Below are positions 26,101-37,689 of a DNA stretch of 64,000 nucleotides, piece after piece. The stretch's first letter is position 1; each line of letters begins with the position of its first letter. Below the pieces are notes generated by a model. It was given only the letters and a program-made list of their open reading frames with translations. It made no database searches and was not told the DNA's origin. Both the position numbers and the translations under genes were made by a program. Source of the stretch: Guillardia theta CCMP2712 (Eukaryota > Protista > Cryptophyta); NCBI RefSeq assembly GCF_000315625.1, contig NW_005434663.1, positions 310,001-374,000 of the forward strand, in the 5' to 3' direction.

Positions 26101-28363
26101 AGAGAGTGAGGGAGGAGAGGAGAGAGCGTCTGGACGTCAGGTGGCAATAGAGGGGGATGGTCCAGTCTAACCTCTTCTTCTTCGCCTTCGTCGTGTTGGC
26201 TTTGACCGAGTTGGTTCCCTTCTTGCTGACGTACTCGAGAGACGAGATGACGGAGACATTCATCTCCTTGTTCTTCTTCTTCCTCTTCGACTTGGCCGGC
26301 AAATCTGAAGTTGTCGTCATTGCCACGTCATCATCATCATCATCATCATCTTCAGCTGCAATCTCTGCTACACACCGGCGTTGGCAATTGGTATCTGAAT
26401 GTCAAGAATCTCGTTGTCGTTGTCATTCTTCTCTTTTGTCCCCATCAGCGACAGCCATGATCGCACATAACGGCTACCTGCCTCTTCCACCTTCTTCAGT
26501 GCTTGAACCCGCTTCAGCCTCCCTCGCAGTCTCGAAACGAACACTTTGCTGTACTGGAACTCATCGTACACCCTATCATCGCCCTTGTTCCCCATCTCTC
26601 TGCTCAACACACAAGACAGTCAGCACGATCATCATGGATTCACACTCCCATCACTTTTCGCCAGCAGTGGTAGGCATAAGAGCTTGCTTTGCGAACTTGA
26701 CCAGGTCGCCTTTGGTACCATCCTGCAGCAGCATGAGGGGAGAGCAGAGCAGTTGTCTTCCAGGGCGACCTGTCGGTCACACTCGATGTCTGAAATCTCC
26801 TTGAGCTGATTTACTAAAGTTTCAACCTCCGCAAGGTGCATGATCCGAAGTCTGTCAGGCAACAACATCAGTACATAACCTTCTCTACATGCTTGTACCA
26901 CCGTTGCGAAGGGGAGAACTCTGACCAAACTTGCCCGTTCTTTTCCAAGTCATCCACCTTGCACAGAGTTTCTTCACACCGGCAGCAGCGCTTGCACTCA
27001 CTCTTACCAGGTTGTACCAGATGCGCTGGTCCAACTTCGCCTGCCTCTCCTCAACAAGCTGCTCCATCGTCTCCTCGTCCAGCATCTCATCCTCGTCTAC
27101 CTCTGCATCGATCTCTTTCACCCGGTGCGCACATATCGACCGCAGCTTCTGCATCCAGTCAAGCCTGTCCCAGGACACTTCTTTGTCTCCAAGAGCATTC
27201 AGCTCGTTTGCCACCTTCCTCCTAAAGTTTGGATCCGTGTCCATTACTTTCAGCCTCGCCGCCTCCACGATGGCCACTCGCAAGCTCTCCTTCTCATCAC
27301 CCCCCACCACTATGTGATCTTCAGAGTACACCCCATCCCCGTCCGACGTCGAGCCCTCCAGGTCCCTGAACAAGAGACTCCAGTCCTCCCTCATCCCAGC
27401 AGGAATCTGTTCCAACTTCATCGGCTCCAGCCGGACTATATCCGCCATGCCCAGCATGATCTTCCAGTTCCTCTTCCCTCGCACGTTGATGTCGTAGGAC
27501 CAGGTCAGCTTCTGCGCTTGCGTATCTAGTAGGAAATATCGTTCCTTCCAGAACTGAGGGTCCCTTGTAGACTGTACCTTCAGCCATCCTTTCTTTTGTA
27601 GCGCATACCCCTGCCTCTCCTCCTCTGCCTGGATCTCGTTCCTGGTCTTCAGCGTCGACCGCTCCCATCGATCGTGACTTCCTGGTCGTGCTGCAAAGTG
27701 GCTTCAACAGAAGATTCACCCAATCACTTGCTCTCTCACCATCGCCTATCACCCTCATGGTTCCTGGAGCAAAGTTCCTGTATGTGTTTCTCACGTCCAG
27801 CTCCTGCAGTTCAGTAGAGCATGAGAATGCTGAGTTTGATGGTTACAGTTGTGTAGGTGCTGTCCTGGTTGTAGTGGCTATGGTTATGTTGTTGGTGATG
27901 ATGGTGATGGTGATGGTGATGGTGTTGGTGTTGGTGTTGGTGATGGTGCTGGTGGTGGTGATGGTGGTGGTGTTGGGGATGGTGCTGGTGGTGGTGATGG
28001 TGGTGGTGTTGGGGATGGTGATGTCGACGATGAAAATAATGTTGATATGATATGATATGATGGTGATGAAACATCGAAGGATGATGATGCCGACAACAGA
28101 GATGACTATGATAACAATCTTTCGAGGAGAGATACCATCTGCGTCCTCTCATTTCCGTGCCTGTTCTCCTGCGCATGAAACGCCTGTTCCAGGGAGCCTT
28201 CTTATTAGTATTCCATGCAGAGATTTCGCAAACTCAACATACAGGAACGAGCCTGCGATAGATGGCAGCGATGTACTCGTCATCGATGTTCCTCTTGGTC
28301 TCGTCGTCACGATAGAGCTCCAGCTTCTTCCTCTTCCCTCCCTCCATGTCGCTCTGACCCATC
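23140..28363 (-). CDS. Membrane protein with two PH domains and C-terminal DUF898/YjgN-like repeats, multi-exon
   Basis: PH start QKKGWLKVQSTRDPQFWKERYFLLDT (~27600-27510, frame of ORF 26885-27484). PH end VLADTEEEARTWELTL. DUF898-like FKGR..EFGRLWLKNFILFITTLGLH..QWFDEN, plus similar exons at ~24220-24335 and ~23760-23920. Ends approximate. Confidence 0.7.
27890..28030. repeat. Intronic (GGT/GAT)n low-complexity tract with a 30-bp internal duplication
   Basis: gatggtgctggtggtggtgatggtggtggtgttggg repeated; lies between exons of the PH gene. Confidence 0.8.
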
Positions 28364-28596
28364 GATGACGCTGGTGGCGTCGACATGGTCCCTGGTTGAA
28401 AAATCCAGACAGAGACGGAGGTGGTTCTCCGATTGGGGTCACTACCCGTACTTAATAGTGGTTTCAGATGGGTAGGGGTATATCAAAGTAGGGGGTACTG
28501 TGATCAAGTTTGACAGCCATCAAACCCGAAAATGAAAACATCAGGGGGAGGAGAGTGGGAGCGAGGAGCGGGAGGATAGTTGGGGCAGAGAGGATG

Positions 28597-29184
28597 GAGG
28601 AGAGGAGCACAAGTGATAGCAAGGAGCAAGAGGGAGGAGAGGAGTACAAGTGATAGCAAGGAGCAAGAGGGAGGAGAGGAGCACAAGTGATAGCAAGGAG
28701 CAAGAGGGAGGAGAGGAGCACAAGTGATAGCAAGGAGCAAGAGGGAGGAGAGGAGCACAAGTGATAGCAAGGAGCAAGAGGGAGGAGAGGAGCACAAGTG
28801 ATAGCAAGGAGCAAGAGGGAGGAGAGGAGCACAAGTGATAGCAAGGAGCAAGAGGGAGGAGAGGAGCACAAGTGATAGCAAGGAGCAAGAGGGAGGAGAG
28901 GAGCACAAGTGATAGCAAGGAGCAAGAGGGAGGAGAGGAGCACAAGTGATAGCAAGGAGCAAGAGGGAGGAGAGGAGCACAAGTGATAGCAAGGAGCAAG
29001 AGGGAGGAGAGGAGCACAAGTGATAGCAAGGAGCAAGAGGGAGGAGAGGAGCACAAGTGATAGCAAGGAGCAAGAGGGAGGAGAGGAGCACAAGTGATAG
29101 CAAGGAGCAAGAGGGAGGAGAGGAGCACAAGTGATAGCAAGGAGCAAGAGGGAGGAGAGGAGTACAAGTGATAGCAAGGAGCAG
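28597..29184. repeat. 37-bp minisatellite, 16 copies (GAG[C/T]ACAAGTGATAGCAAGGAGCAAGAGGGAGGAGAG)
   Basis: Period 37 (28608, 28645 ... 29163). Copies 2 and 16 carry T, the others C. No spacers. Confidence 0.97.
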
Positions 29185-29279
29185 AAGGTTTTACGTAGCC
29201 CAAAGTTGTGTGACGAAGCCCTTTCTGAATCCCCTCCCCCGTATGCTGCAGGACCCTAAAGGATCTTTGTGATTTTGCA

Positions 29280-32200
29280 ATGAGGCCTTCGGCTAGGATG
29301 CTTCTCTTGTTCGTCTCCTTGATCTGCTTTCAAGACCACTTCAGCTCTGCGAGGAGACGTCAAAGTGATCCTTTCCTGTCTGTTCTCCTCTCCGCTCTAA
29401 CGTCTTGTCAAGGTCACGAAGAGCTGCTAGGAAGGATACGAGAGCAGAAGACCGATTATTTCCAGATCCATTCCATCCTCAGCGAGTTGCATAGCCGGCA
29501 GCCTGTCTACCTGACTTCATTTCTAAGGGATCACATTGAAGAGATGGCGAAGTACTATCATGGACATGCTATGCAGGTGCCTCCCGATCGACTCTGCATG
29601 GACTGACATCTGTCGCCAGACTGCTTGCGAGCATTATGGAGAGATCCCTGAGAAGGCGGAGGCGATTCATTTTGACATGTACCATGCTCGACAGATAGAA
29701 GGAGTGAGTCTTGAAGGACATGCGAGCAAGGGCGGTTATTATCCTGCAAGGTGCTGGCAAGCCACGTGAGCAGGATCAGAGAAGAGACGAGCAGGGGAGA
29801 GCTGCAGACGATAGTGGTTACTGACGGGGAGGACACGCTGGATGTCGGAGATGTTGGGACCTGGTCTGCTGGTTAAGATTCTTCCACTGATTCCTTGATG
29901 CCTCCAAGTGAAATACCTTCAGGGCTGGGAATGAGCAAGGCGATGATGCACGCTGCCATGGCAGGGTTTCATCCGAAGGCCATCCTCTGCGTCGTACTTG
30001 GTGACGTGTCAAGCTCGGATGACGTGTCGATGGAGATGCTGATGGTGGTGGAGGAGGAGAATGTGGTTGAACAGGATGTGGTGGTGGTAGTGGTGGTGCT
30101 CACGATGATGATGATGACGACGGCGGTGATGATCATAATGATTCTGACAATTGTGTATTTGCATCTCTCAGACTCTGGCACTGACAACGAGCGGTTGAGA
30201 GGCCATTCTCACTATCGTGGGAACGCACACAGACGGTTTCGAGATAGCTCTTGTCTTTGCTTTTGCCTCTGCAGATTCTCCAGTGCCATTCCAATCCCCT
30301 TTTCCTCTCCCCCCCCTCTCTCTCTTCCCCTTGCCCCTCCCTTTCATCTCCCTCCCCTTCCTTTGGTTCCTCTGCCTCCTTCTTTTTCTCGTGTCACTCG
30401 GATCGCTGGCTGCAGACGTCGAGGGGAGGAGATCGCCTTTCTGTGGCACGAGCTCTTGCGAGCTCTGAGAACTTTGACACCCAACGTGCTCATTCACATC
30501 GACTGTCCGAACCCTGGCAGCAGGTGTCTGCGGTCTTGCCCGCGGAGGTTGGGAGGTGACGCAGCTTTGTCAAGCATCATGCAAGTCATCGAGGAACATT
30601 CCAAGTCCTCTCCGGTCTTCAACGACGGGCTGGATGGTCGAGCGACGATAGTAGCAACCAGGCCCAGCAGTTGTGTCACGCTGATACATCTGTCAGGTCC
30701 TGTCTGCTATTCTTGCAATGACGAGGGTCCGATCGAGCGATAACAAGGATTTTCATATGGACCATGTTGATCTCTTGTATGCGATGTTTGCTGTTAGAGT
30801 AATCCTGATGAAGGTTTGGAAGCCGCCAGTGCCGATGATGATGAAGGATGTGTACTTGTTGTATGGTGAACTACTGCTGTTGTACATCTGGTGAAAGTGA
30901 AAGCCTGAAAAGGCCCTCGACATCTCATCGAGCACATCGCAAACTTGCTGGGTGAGATCTGATGCTCAGCTTACATCCATGTCATGTGGTTTGAGTTTGT
31001 TGTTGCAGTCTTCACGCTTGAGAGCATCGGGGTTCCGACTCCGATGGCGATGAAGGTAACGGTCAGTTGTGCATCTGTGAGGAGCTAAGGCATGAACAGG
31101 GCATTTGGCTGATGGATCCAAAGATGGTCCCGAATGATTGTTTGCTTCACCTCTGACCATCTCGCACAAAAGGGACTTTACACCCTTGAAGACAGGCATC
31201 ACTACGTAAGGAGTGTGCTACGTTAGCATTAGAAGGTGATTGAAGTTGGCAGAAATCAAAGTTCAGAAAGCCCCTGCCGGCGAGACTGAGAGGTTGGTTG
31301 TCAAGGACAACTTCTCTACACGAGCTCAAAAGCTCATCATGCTTGCTAGGACTCCATCGAAATGTGTCAACAGTCGTGGAGGTCTGTGAACTCCGTGGGA
31401 ACAGAGGAGGAGACATTTCTGACATGTGACAAAGGGGATCCGAGCGACGATCTTGATCGGAGCCTCGGGGATCAGGTCAGTGCAAGCATTGCGATGCTTC
31501 CAAATTGTATGACGAGAGGGGATGGAAGGGGAGCGTTCGATCGGGATGTGCTGCGAATCTTGCACAAGAACCATGAGAGGTGTGTATCTTATTTGTTTTG
31601 GTTGCGAATGCTTGCTTCCTTCTGCCTTCAACAATCTCCGAGAGTGAAAACCACTCTTCATCTTCAAGGCCCGGCATTATCGTCCTCTCCAACACTCAGG
31701 GGAAGGCTGAGTGTTCGTCAGCGGATACTTGGCATCATACGACAGGTCGGAGATTGTTACCCCTGCTTGCTTTCCCTTGTTTCTTTCTTTCTGCTCGCCT
31801 TCCTCTCCATCTCCTGCTCTCCTGTCGTTCGCTCCTCCCATGCCCCTCTCCTCCGCTTCTCCCGCCCTCCCCACCCCTGCTCTCCTCCGCTACTTCGTAC
31901 CTTCATCTCGTCTGCTCTGTGAACTCCTCCTCCTCGTCTTGTCCTGTGGTCGGCCCAACTCCAGTCATCTCCTCCCAGGCAACGGCAAGACCCTCTACGT
32001 GGGAGGAGACGACCCTCTGCCGTATCGTCCACTCGGCTATGAAGGAGTCGCTCTCATCCCGTCGAGGGTGAGGAGCGATTGCTGAGATCGATGGATCCAT
32101 CCATCATGAGAGCGGCACTGACATCACTTTGACATCTGTGTTGAGCTGTCTGTGTCATGACACGTGTGGAACTATCTTCTCATCTTCAGACCACCTTGAC

Positions 32201-33144
32201 ATCATGTGTTGATGACTCTCAGACTTGTTCGATGATGATGCTGAACTGGTCTCAACAATGTCGGCAGGCGACCTCTCTGTTTGTCTATCCAGGAATCTCG
32301 CTGGCGACTTTCGGTGAAGTCACGCAAGGTCGTTGATGTGGGAGTGAAGGTTCTTGCAGCTGCTGGCATCTCGAGCATTACTCCCAGCATGTTGCAGGTG
32401 ATTGCAGATCTTGTTATCACTTCGTCTTCTTCTTTCATCTTTACTTTGTTGCACTTTGTATTTTGTTTCTCGCATCTTGGCTCAGGTCGCTGCTGAAACT
32501 TTAGCTCGCATGGCATCGATCGGTACGTCCAAGATCAAGTAAGATAACAGATCTGATGCTCGTGCCATCAACAGATGAAATCTCTTACGGGAGTCTGTTT
32601 CCTCGCCTGTCTCTGCTCAAAGACATCTCAGGTAGAAGAGACGGCAGGACAAGACATGAAAACATGAGAGATGAAGATCATCATGGTCATTTTCACTTTG
32701 ACTTGTCGCAGTAAGGATCGCTGCGGAAATCATCAGGGTAGCACAGAAGGAGCAGGTCTGAAGGAGGACAAGTTGCAAACCGTCGCTGCTGACGTACAAG
32801 CGCAGAAGACAAACAAGGTCGTTCCGGAAGGATACAAAGAGCTTCTCAGCTTCCTACAAGTGGGATCGGGTTTTCAGACCCATCGCTGCGATTCTCACGC
32901 CCGATGCAGAGCTTGCAAGACCTGGATGCTGATGACGAGCTTGTATCGTCGTACAGGTGAGAGTTCGACATCTCCCCGTGTCTCATGAAGGTGTCGCAGC
33001 TGGCAGGAGGGTGAGAAGGTGGAAGTCAAGGTCGGAGGAGAGGAAGGAGCCTTCCTCGCTGGAGCAGGAGGTCTGACGGTGATGATGGCGAGAAGGGGGA
33101 AGACGCGACAAGTGACATGATTGCAGAAGAGGATCGAACTGTGA
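29280..33144 (+). CDS. Malic enzyme-like protein with N-terminal signal peptide and degenerate catalytic/NAD-binding motifs (probable pseudoenzyme), many short exons
   Basis: Spliced segments are colinear with malic enzyme: LSELHSRQPVYLTSFLRDHIEEM, TACEHYG, IVVTDGEDTLDVGDVG, GMSKAMMH, VLDSGTDNERL, PNVLIHIDC, VFNDGLDGRATIVLSAIL, IRATILIGASG, GAFDRDVLRIL, RPGIIVLSNTQGKAECS, LFVYPGISL, GSLFPRLSLLKDIS, VRIAAEII. Confidence 0.85.
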
Positions 33145-33236
33145 GACGTCGACCTCCTGTACTGAGTAGTGCAGCTTTGACAAGATGAGCATGATATTCG
33201 AAATGAAACAATCTTCTGACCGACTACCGAAACGAG

Positions 33237-34242
33237 ATGGAGGGACGTGGGATGAATGCAACCTGCTTGAGGGAGCGACATTCCACCCTCCCTCCCCTGG
33301 CGAAGGTTGACGAGGTGAGTATGGTAGCACCTGGGCAGCCCGAGGATGGAGGATCTCGATGGAGCGAGTACGAGAGAGCAATCCCCCCAGACAAGTGAGG
33401 AGGCAATGTTCCGAAGAAGGCGACAAGACTTGGAGTCCGTGACCCTGCTCAAGATACGTAAAATGATGTTCCGAAGAAGGCGGACGCCCGATCACGATAC
33501 CTCGAGCCCCCAATACGTCACGATTCGGCGAGGAGACGCACATGCGCCTGCTTCGTCCCAAGAAGACTAAACTTGGAGTCCGTGACCCTGCTTTCCCCCG
33601 GCTTCTCGACGACTCAAGATCCTTCTCGATCTCAGCAGGCAGCAGGCATGGAGCAGAAAAGAAGCTCTTATGGAGTCTGCTTGCGAGATATGTGAGGTCT
33701 CGGGGCTGACCGATCTGATATGGAGGCTTTTCGGATCTCAGGTCCCTTCATAGCCCCCTCGTCGTCTCCTTGCGTCACCCTCGCTGTCCGCCGCTCAGCC
33801 CGACACCATGTGCTCTGCTCGTCCGCGATCCTCCCGGTCCTGCTCCTGCTCGTCCCGCGCTCCCTGCCCCTCTTGTTCCTCTGCATCTCCGGACGCCATG
33901 AGCTCTCCTCCCCGGCGCCTCTCGGACAGCGACCCGCCTGCGTCGCCCTCGTCGCACTTGTCCTGCTCCTGCTCCTCTGCCTCTCCCTGCTCCTCTTGTT
34001 CCTCGGTCTCTCCCTGCTCCTCTTTGTCCTTGTCCTCGTCCCCTCCTCCTGTCTGCTCCCTCAAGGCCCTCCAGCTCGCCCGCCTCCGCGCCGCCATCGC
34101 CTACATCGAGCGCCTCCAGCGCCTCCACGGCGGCAGCGTCGACGGGGAGCGTCTGCCTTGCGTGATCCGACGGGACGAGGCGGCGAGAAGGGAGGAGGAG
34201 GGGGGATGTGATAGAGTCGAGGATACAAGTAAACTACGATAA
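33237..34242 (+). CDS. Hypothetical protein (copy 1), last exon LARLRAAIAYIERLQRLHGG
   Basis: Strong GC3 codon bias at 34060-34200. Possible first exon MEGRGMNA..VDE|gtgag. Internal structure unresolved. Confidence 0.4.
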
Positions 34243-34291
34243 GCCAAGCAGACGAGTCAACTTGAGTCAGTGACGGGAAAGTCAGTGACGG

Positions 34292-36310
34292 GGTCCCGAA
34301 TGATTGTTTGCTTCACCTCTGACCATCTCGCACAAAAGGGACTTTACACCCTTGAAGACAGGCATCACTACGTAAGGAGTGTGCTACGTTAGCATTAGAA
34401 GGTGATTGAAGTTGGCAGAAATCAAAGTTCAGAAAGCCCCTGCCGGCGAGACTGAGAGGTTGGTTGTCAAGGACAACTTCTCTACACGAGCTCAAAAGCT
34501 CATCATGCTTGCTAGGACTCCATCGAAATGTGTCAACAGTCGTGGAGGTCTGTGAACTCCGTGGGAACAGAGGAGGAGACATTTCTGACATGTGACAAAG
34601 GGGATCCGAGCGACGATCTTGATCGGAGCCTCGGGGATCAGGTCAGTGCAAGCATTGCGATGCTTCCAAATTGTATGACGAGAGGGGATGGAAGGGGAGC
34701 GTTCGATCGGGATGTGCTGCGAATCTTGCACAAGAACCATGAGAGGTGTGTATCTTATTTGTTTTGGTTGCGAATGCTTGCTTCCTTCTGCCTTCAACAA
34801 TCTCCGAGAGTGAAAACCACTCTTCATCTTCAAGGCCCGGCATTATCGTCCTCTCCAACACTCAGGGGAAGGCTGAGTGTTCGTCAGCGGATACTTGGCA
34901 TCATACGACAGGTCGGAGATTGTTACCCCTGCTTGCTTTCCCTTGTTTCTTTCTTTCTGCTCGCCTTCCTCTCCATCTCCTGCTCTCCTGTCGTTCGCTC
35001 CTCCCATGCCCCTCTCCTCCGCTTCTCCCGCCCTCCCCACCCCTGCTCTCCTCCGCTACTTCGTACCTTCATCTCGTCTGCTCTGTGAACTCCTCCTCCT
35101 CGTCTTGTCCTGTGGTCGGCCCAACTCCAGTCATCTCCTCCCAGGCAACGGCAAGACCCTCTACGTGGGAGGAGACGACCCTCTGCCGTATCGTCCACTC
35201 GGCTATGAAGGAGTCGCTCTCATCCCGTCGAGGGTGAGGAGCGATTGCTGAGATCGATGGATCCATCCATCATGAGAGCGGCACTGACATCACTTTGACA
35301 TCTGTGTTGAGCTGTCTGTGTCATGACACGTGTGGAACTATCTTCTCATCTTCAGACCACCTTGACATCATGTGTTGATGACTCTCAGACTTGTTCGATG
35401 ATGATGCTGAACTGGTCTCAACAATGTCGGCAGGCGACCTCTCTGTTTGTCTATCCAGGAATCTCGCTGGCGACTTTCGGTGAAGTCACGCAAGGTCGTT
35501 GATGTGGGAGTGAAGGTTCTTGCAGCTGCTGGCATCTCGAGCATTACTCCCAGCATGTTGCAGGTGATTGCAGATCTTGTTATCACTTCGTCTTCTTCTT
35601 TCATCTTTACTTTGTTGCACTTTGTATTTTGTTTCTCGCATCTTGGCTCAGGTCGCTGCTGAAACTTTAGCTCGCATGGCATCGATCGGTACGTCCAAGA
35701 TCAAGTAAGATAACAGATCTGATGCTCGTGCCATCAACAGATGAAATCTCTTACGGGAGTCTGTTTCCTCGCCTGTCTCTGCTCAAAGACATCTCAGGTA
35801 GAAGAGACGGCAGGACAAGACATGAAAACATGAGAGATGAAGATCATCATGGTCATTTTCACTTTGACTTGTCGCAGTAAGGATCGCTGCGGAAATCATC
35901 AGGGTAGCACAGAAGGAGCAGGTCTGAAGGAGGACAAGTTGCAAACCGTCGCTGCTGACGTACAAGCGCAGAAGACAAACAAGGTCGTTCCGGAAGGATA
36001 CAAAGAGCTTCTCAGCTTCCTACAAGTGGGATCGGGTTTTCAGACCCATCGCTGCGATTCTCACGCCCGATGCAGAGCTTGCAAGACCTGGATGCTGATG
36101 ACGAGCTTGTATCGTCGTACAGGTGAGAGTTCGACATCTCCCCGTGTCTCATGAAGGTGTCGCAGCTGGCAGGAGGGTGAGAAGGTGGAAGTCAAGGTCG
36201 GAGGAGAGGAAGGAGCCTTCCTCGCTGGAGCAGGAGGTCTGACGGTGATGATGGCGAGAAGGGGGAAGACGCGACAAGTGACATGATTGCAGAAGAGGAT
36301 CGAACTGTGA
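34292..36310 (+). pseudogene. 5'-truncated duplicate of the malic enzyme-like gene (C-terminal half only)
   Basis: The duplication starts inside the gene, so copy 2 lacks the signal peptide and N-terminal domain exons. Confidence 0.75.
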
Positions 36311-36402
36311 GACGTCGACCTCCTGTACTGAGTAGTGCAGCTTTGACAAGATGAGCATGATATTCGAAATGAAACAATCTTCTGACCGACTACCGAAACG
36401 AG

Positions 36403-37468
36403 ATGGAGGGACGTGGGATGAATGCAACCTGCTTGAGGGAGCGACATTCCACCCTCCCTCCCCTGGCGAAGGTTGACGAGGTGAGTATGGTAGCACCTGG
36501 GCAGCCCGAGGATGGAGGATCTCGATGGAGCGAGTACGAGAGAGCAATCCCCCCAGACAAGTGAGGAGGCAATGTTCCGAAGAAGGCGACAAGACTTGGA
36601 GTCCGTGACCCTGCTCAAGATACGTAAAATGATGTTCCGAAGAAGGCGGACGCCCGATCACGATACCTCGAGCCCCCAATACGTCACGATACCGGTCACA
36701 GCACCCCGTAGTGACACCTTTAGATGTTCACCCGGGGCTATCCCAGAGATTCGGCGAGGAGACGCACATGCGCCTGCTTCGTCCCAAGAAGACTAAACTT
36801 GGAGTCCGTGACCCTGCTTTCCCCCGGCTTCTCGACGACTCAAGATCCTTCTCGATCTCAGCAGGCAGCAGGCATGGAGCAGAAAAGAAGCTCTTATGGA
36901 GTCTGCTTGCGAGATATGTGAGGTCTCGGGGCTGACGGATCTGATATGGAGGCTTTTCGGATCTCAGGTCCCTTCATAGCCCCCTCGTCGTCTCCTTGCG
37001 TCACCCTCGCTGTCCGCCGCTCAGCCCGACACCATGTGCTCTGCTCGTCCGCGATCCTCCCGGTCCTGCTCCTGCTCGTCCCGCGCTCCCTGCCCCTCTT
37101 GTTCCTCTGCATCTCCGGACGCCATGAGCTCTCCTCCCCGGCGCCTCTCGGACAGCGACCCGCCTGCGTCGCCCTCGTCGCACTTGTCCTGCTCCTGCTC
37201 CTCTGCCTCTCCCTGCTCCTCTTGTTCCTCTGCCTCTCTCTGCTCCTCTTTGTCCTTGTCCTCGTCCCCTCCTCCTGTCTGCTCCCTCAAGGCCCTCCAG
37301 CTCGCCCGCCTCCGCGCCGCCATCGCCTACATCGAGCGCCTCCAGCGCCTCCACGGCGGCAGCGTCGACGGGGAGCGTCTGCCTTGCGTGATCCGACGGG
37401 ACGAGGCGGCGAGAAGGGAGGAGGAGGGGGGATGTGATAGAGTCGAGGATACAAGTAAACTACGATAA
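36403..37468 (+). CDS. Hypothetical protein (copy 2 of 33237-34242, with an extra 60 bp)
   Basis: Duplicate of copy 1. Confidence 0.4.
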
Positions 37469-37689
37469 GCCGAGCAGACGAGTCGACTTGAGTCAGTGAC
37501 GGGAACCTGGAGGAGGGAGGGAGGGAGGGAGGGAGGGATGTTGGTACGAATGTACATGAATAGTTTTCAATGGACTTCTTCAATACTTTGACATCATATT
37601 AGCTTTTTCAACCTGTTCTCACATTTCTTTCTCTCAATCTCTTGTCGACTTCTCCGTCTCCGATCATTTCTAGAAAGTTTCTCTCCTCC

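Larger units (their letters stand above)
31126..37505. repeat. Tandem segmental duplication: copy 1 31126-34279, 12-nt filler 34280-34291, copy 2 34292-37505
   Basis: Identical ORFs at offset 3166, then 3226 after a 60-bp indel (36691-36750, present only in copy 2). A few substitutions in the distal ~600 bp. Confidence 0.97.

Noticed and set aside
28597-29184. 37-bp repeats as a CRISPR array, and the 208-237-aa ORFs across them
   Set aside because: Units are contiguous with no spacers, there are no cas genes and the context is eukaryotic; the ORFs are by-products of the repeat.
30753-32110. Minus-strand gene suggested by several short ORFs
   Set aside because: The plus strand encodes colinear malic-enzyme motifs here; the minus ORFs are antisense shadows.
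31126-37505. Duplication as an LTR element or transposon
   Set aside because: The copies are adjacent, contain host exons, and show no TIRs, TSDs, RT or transposase motifs.
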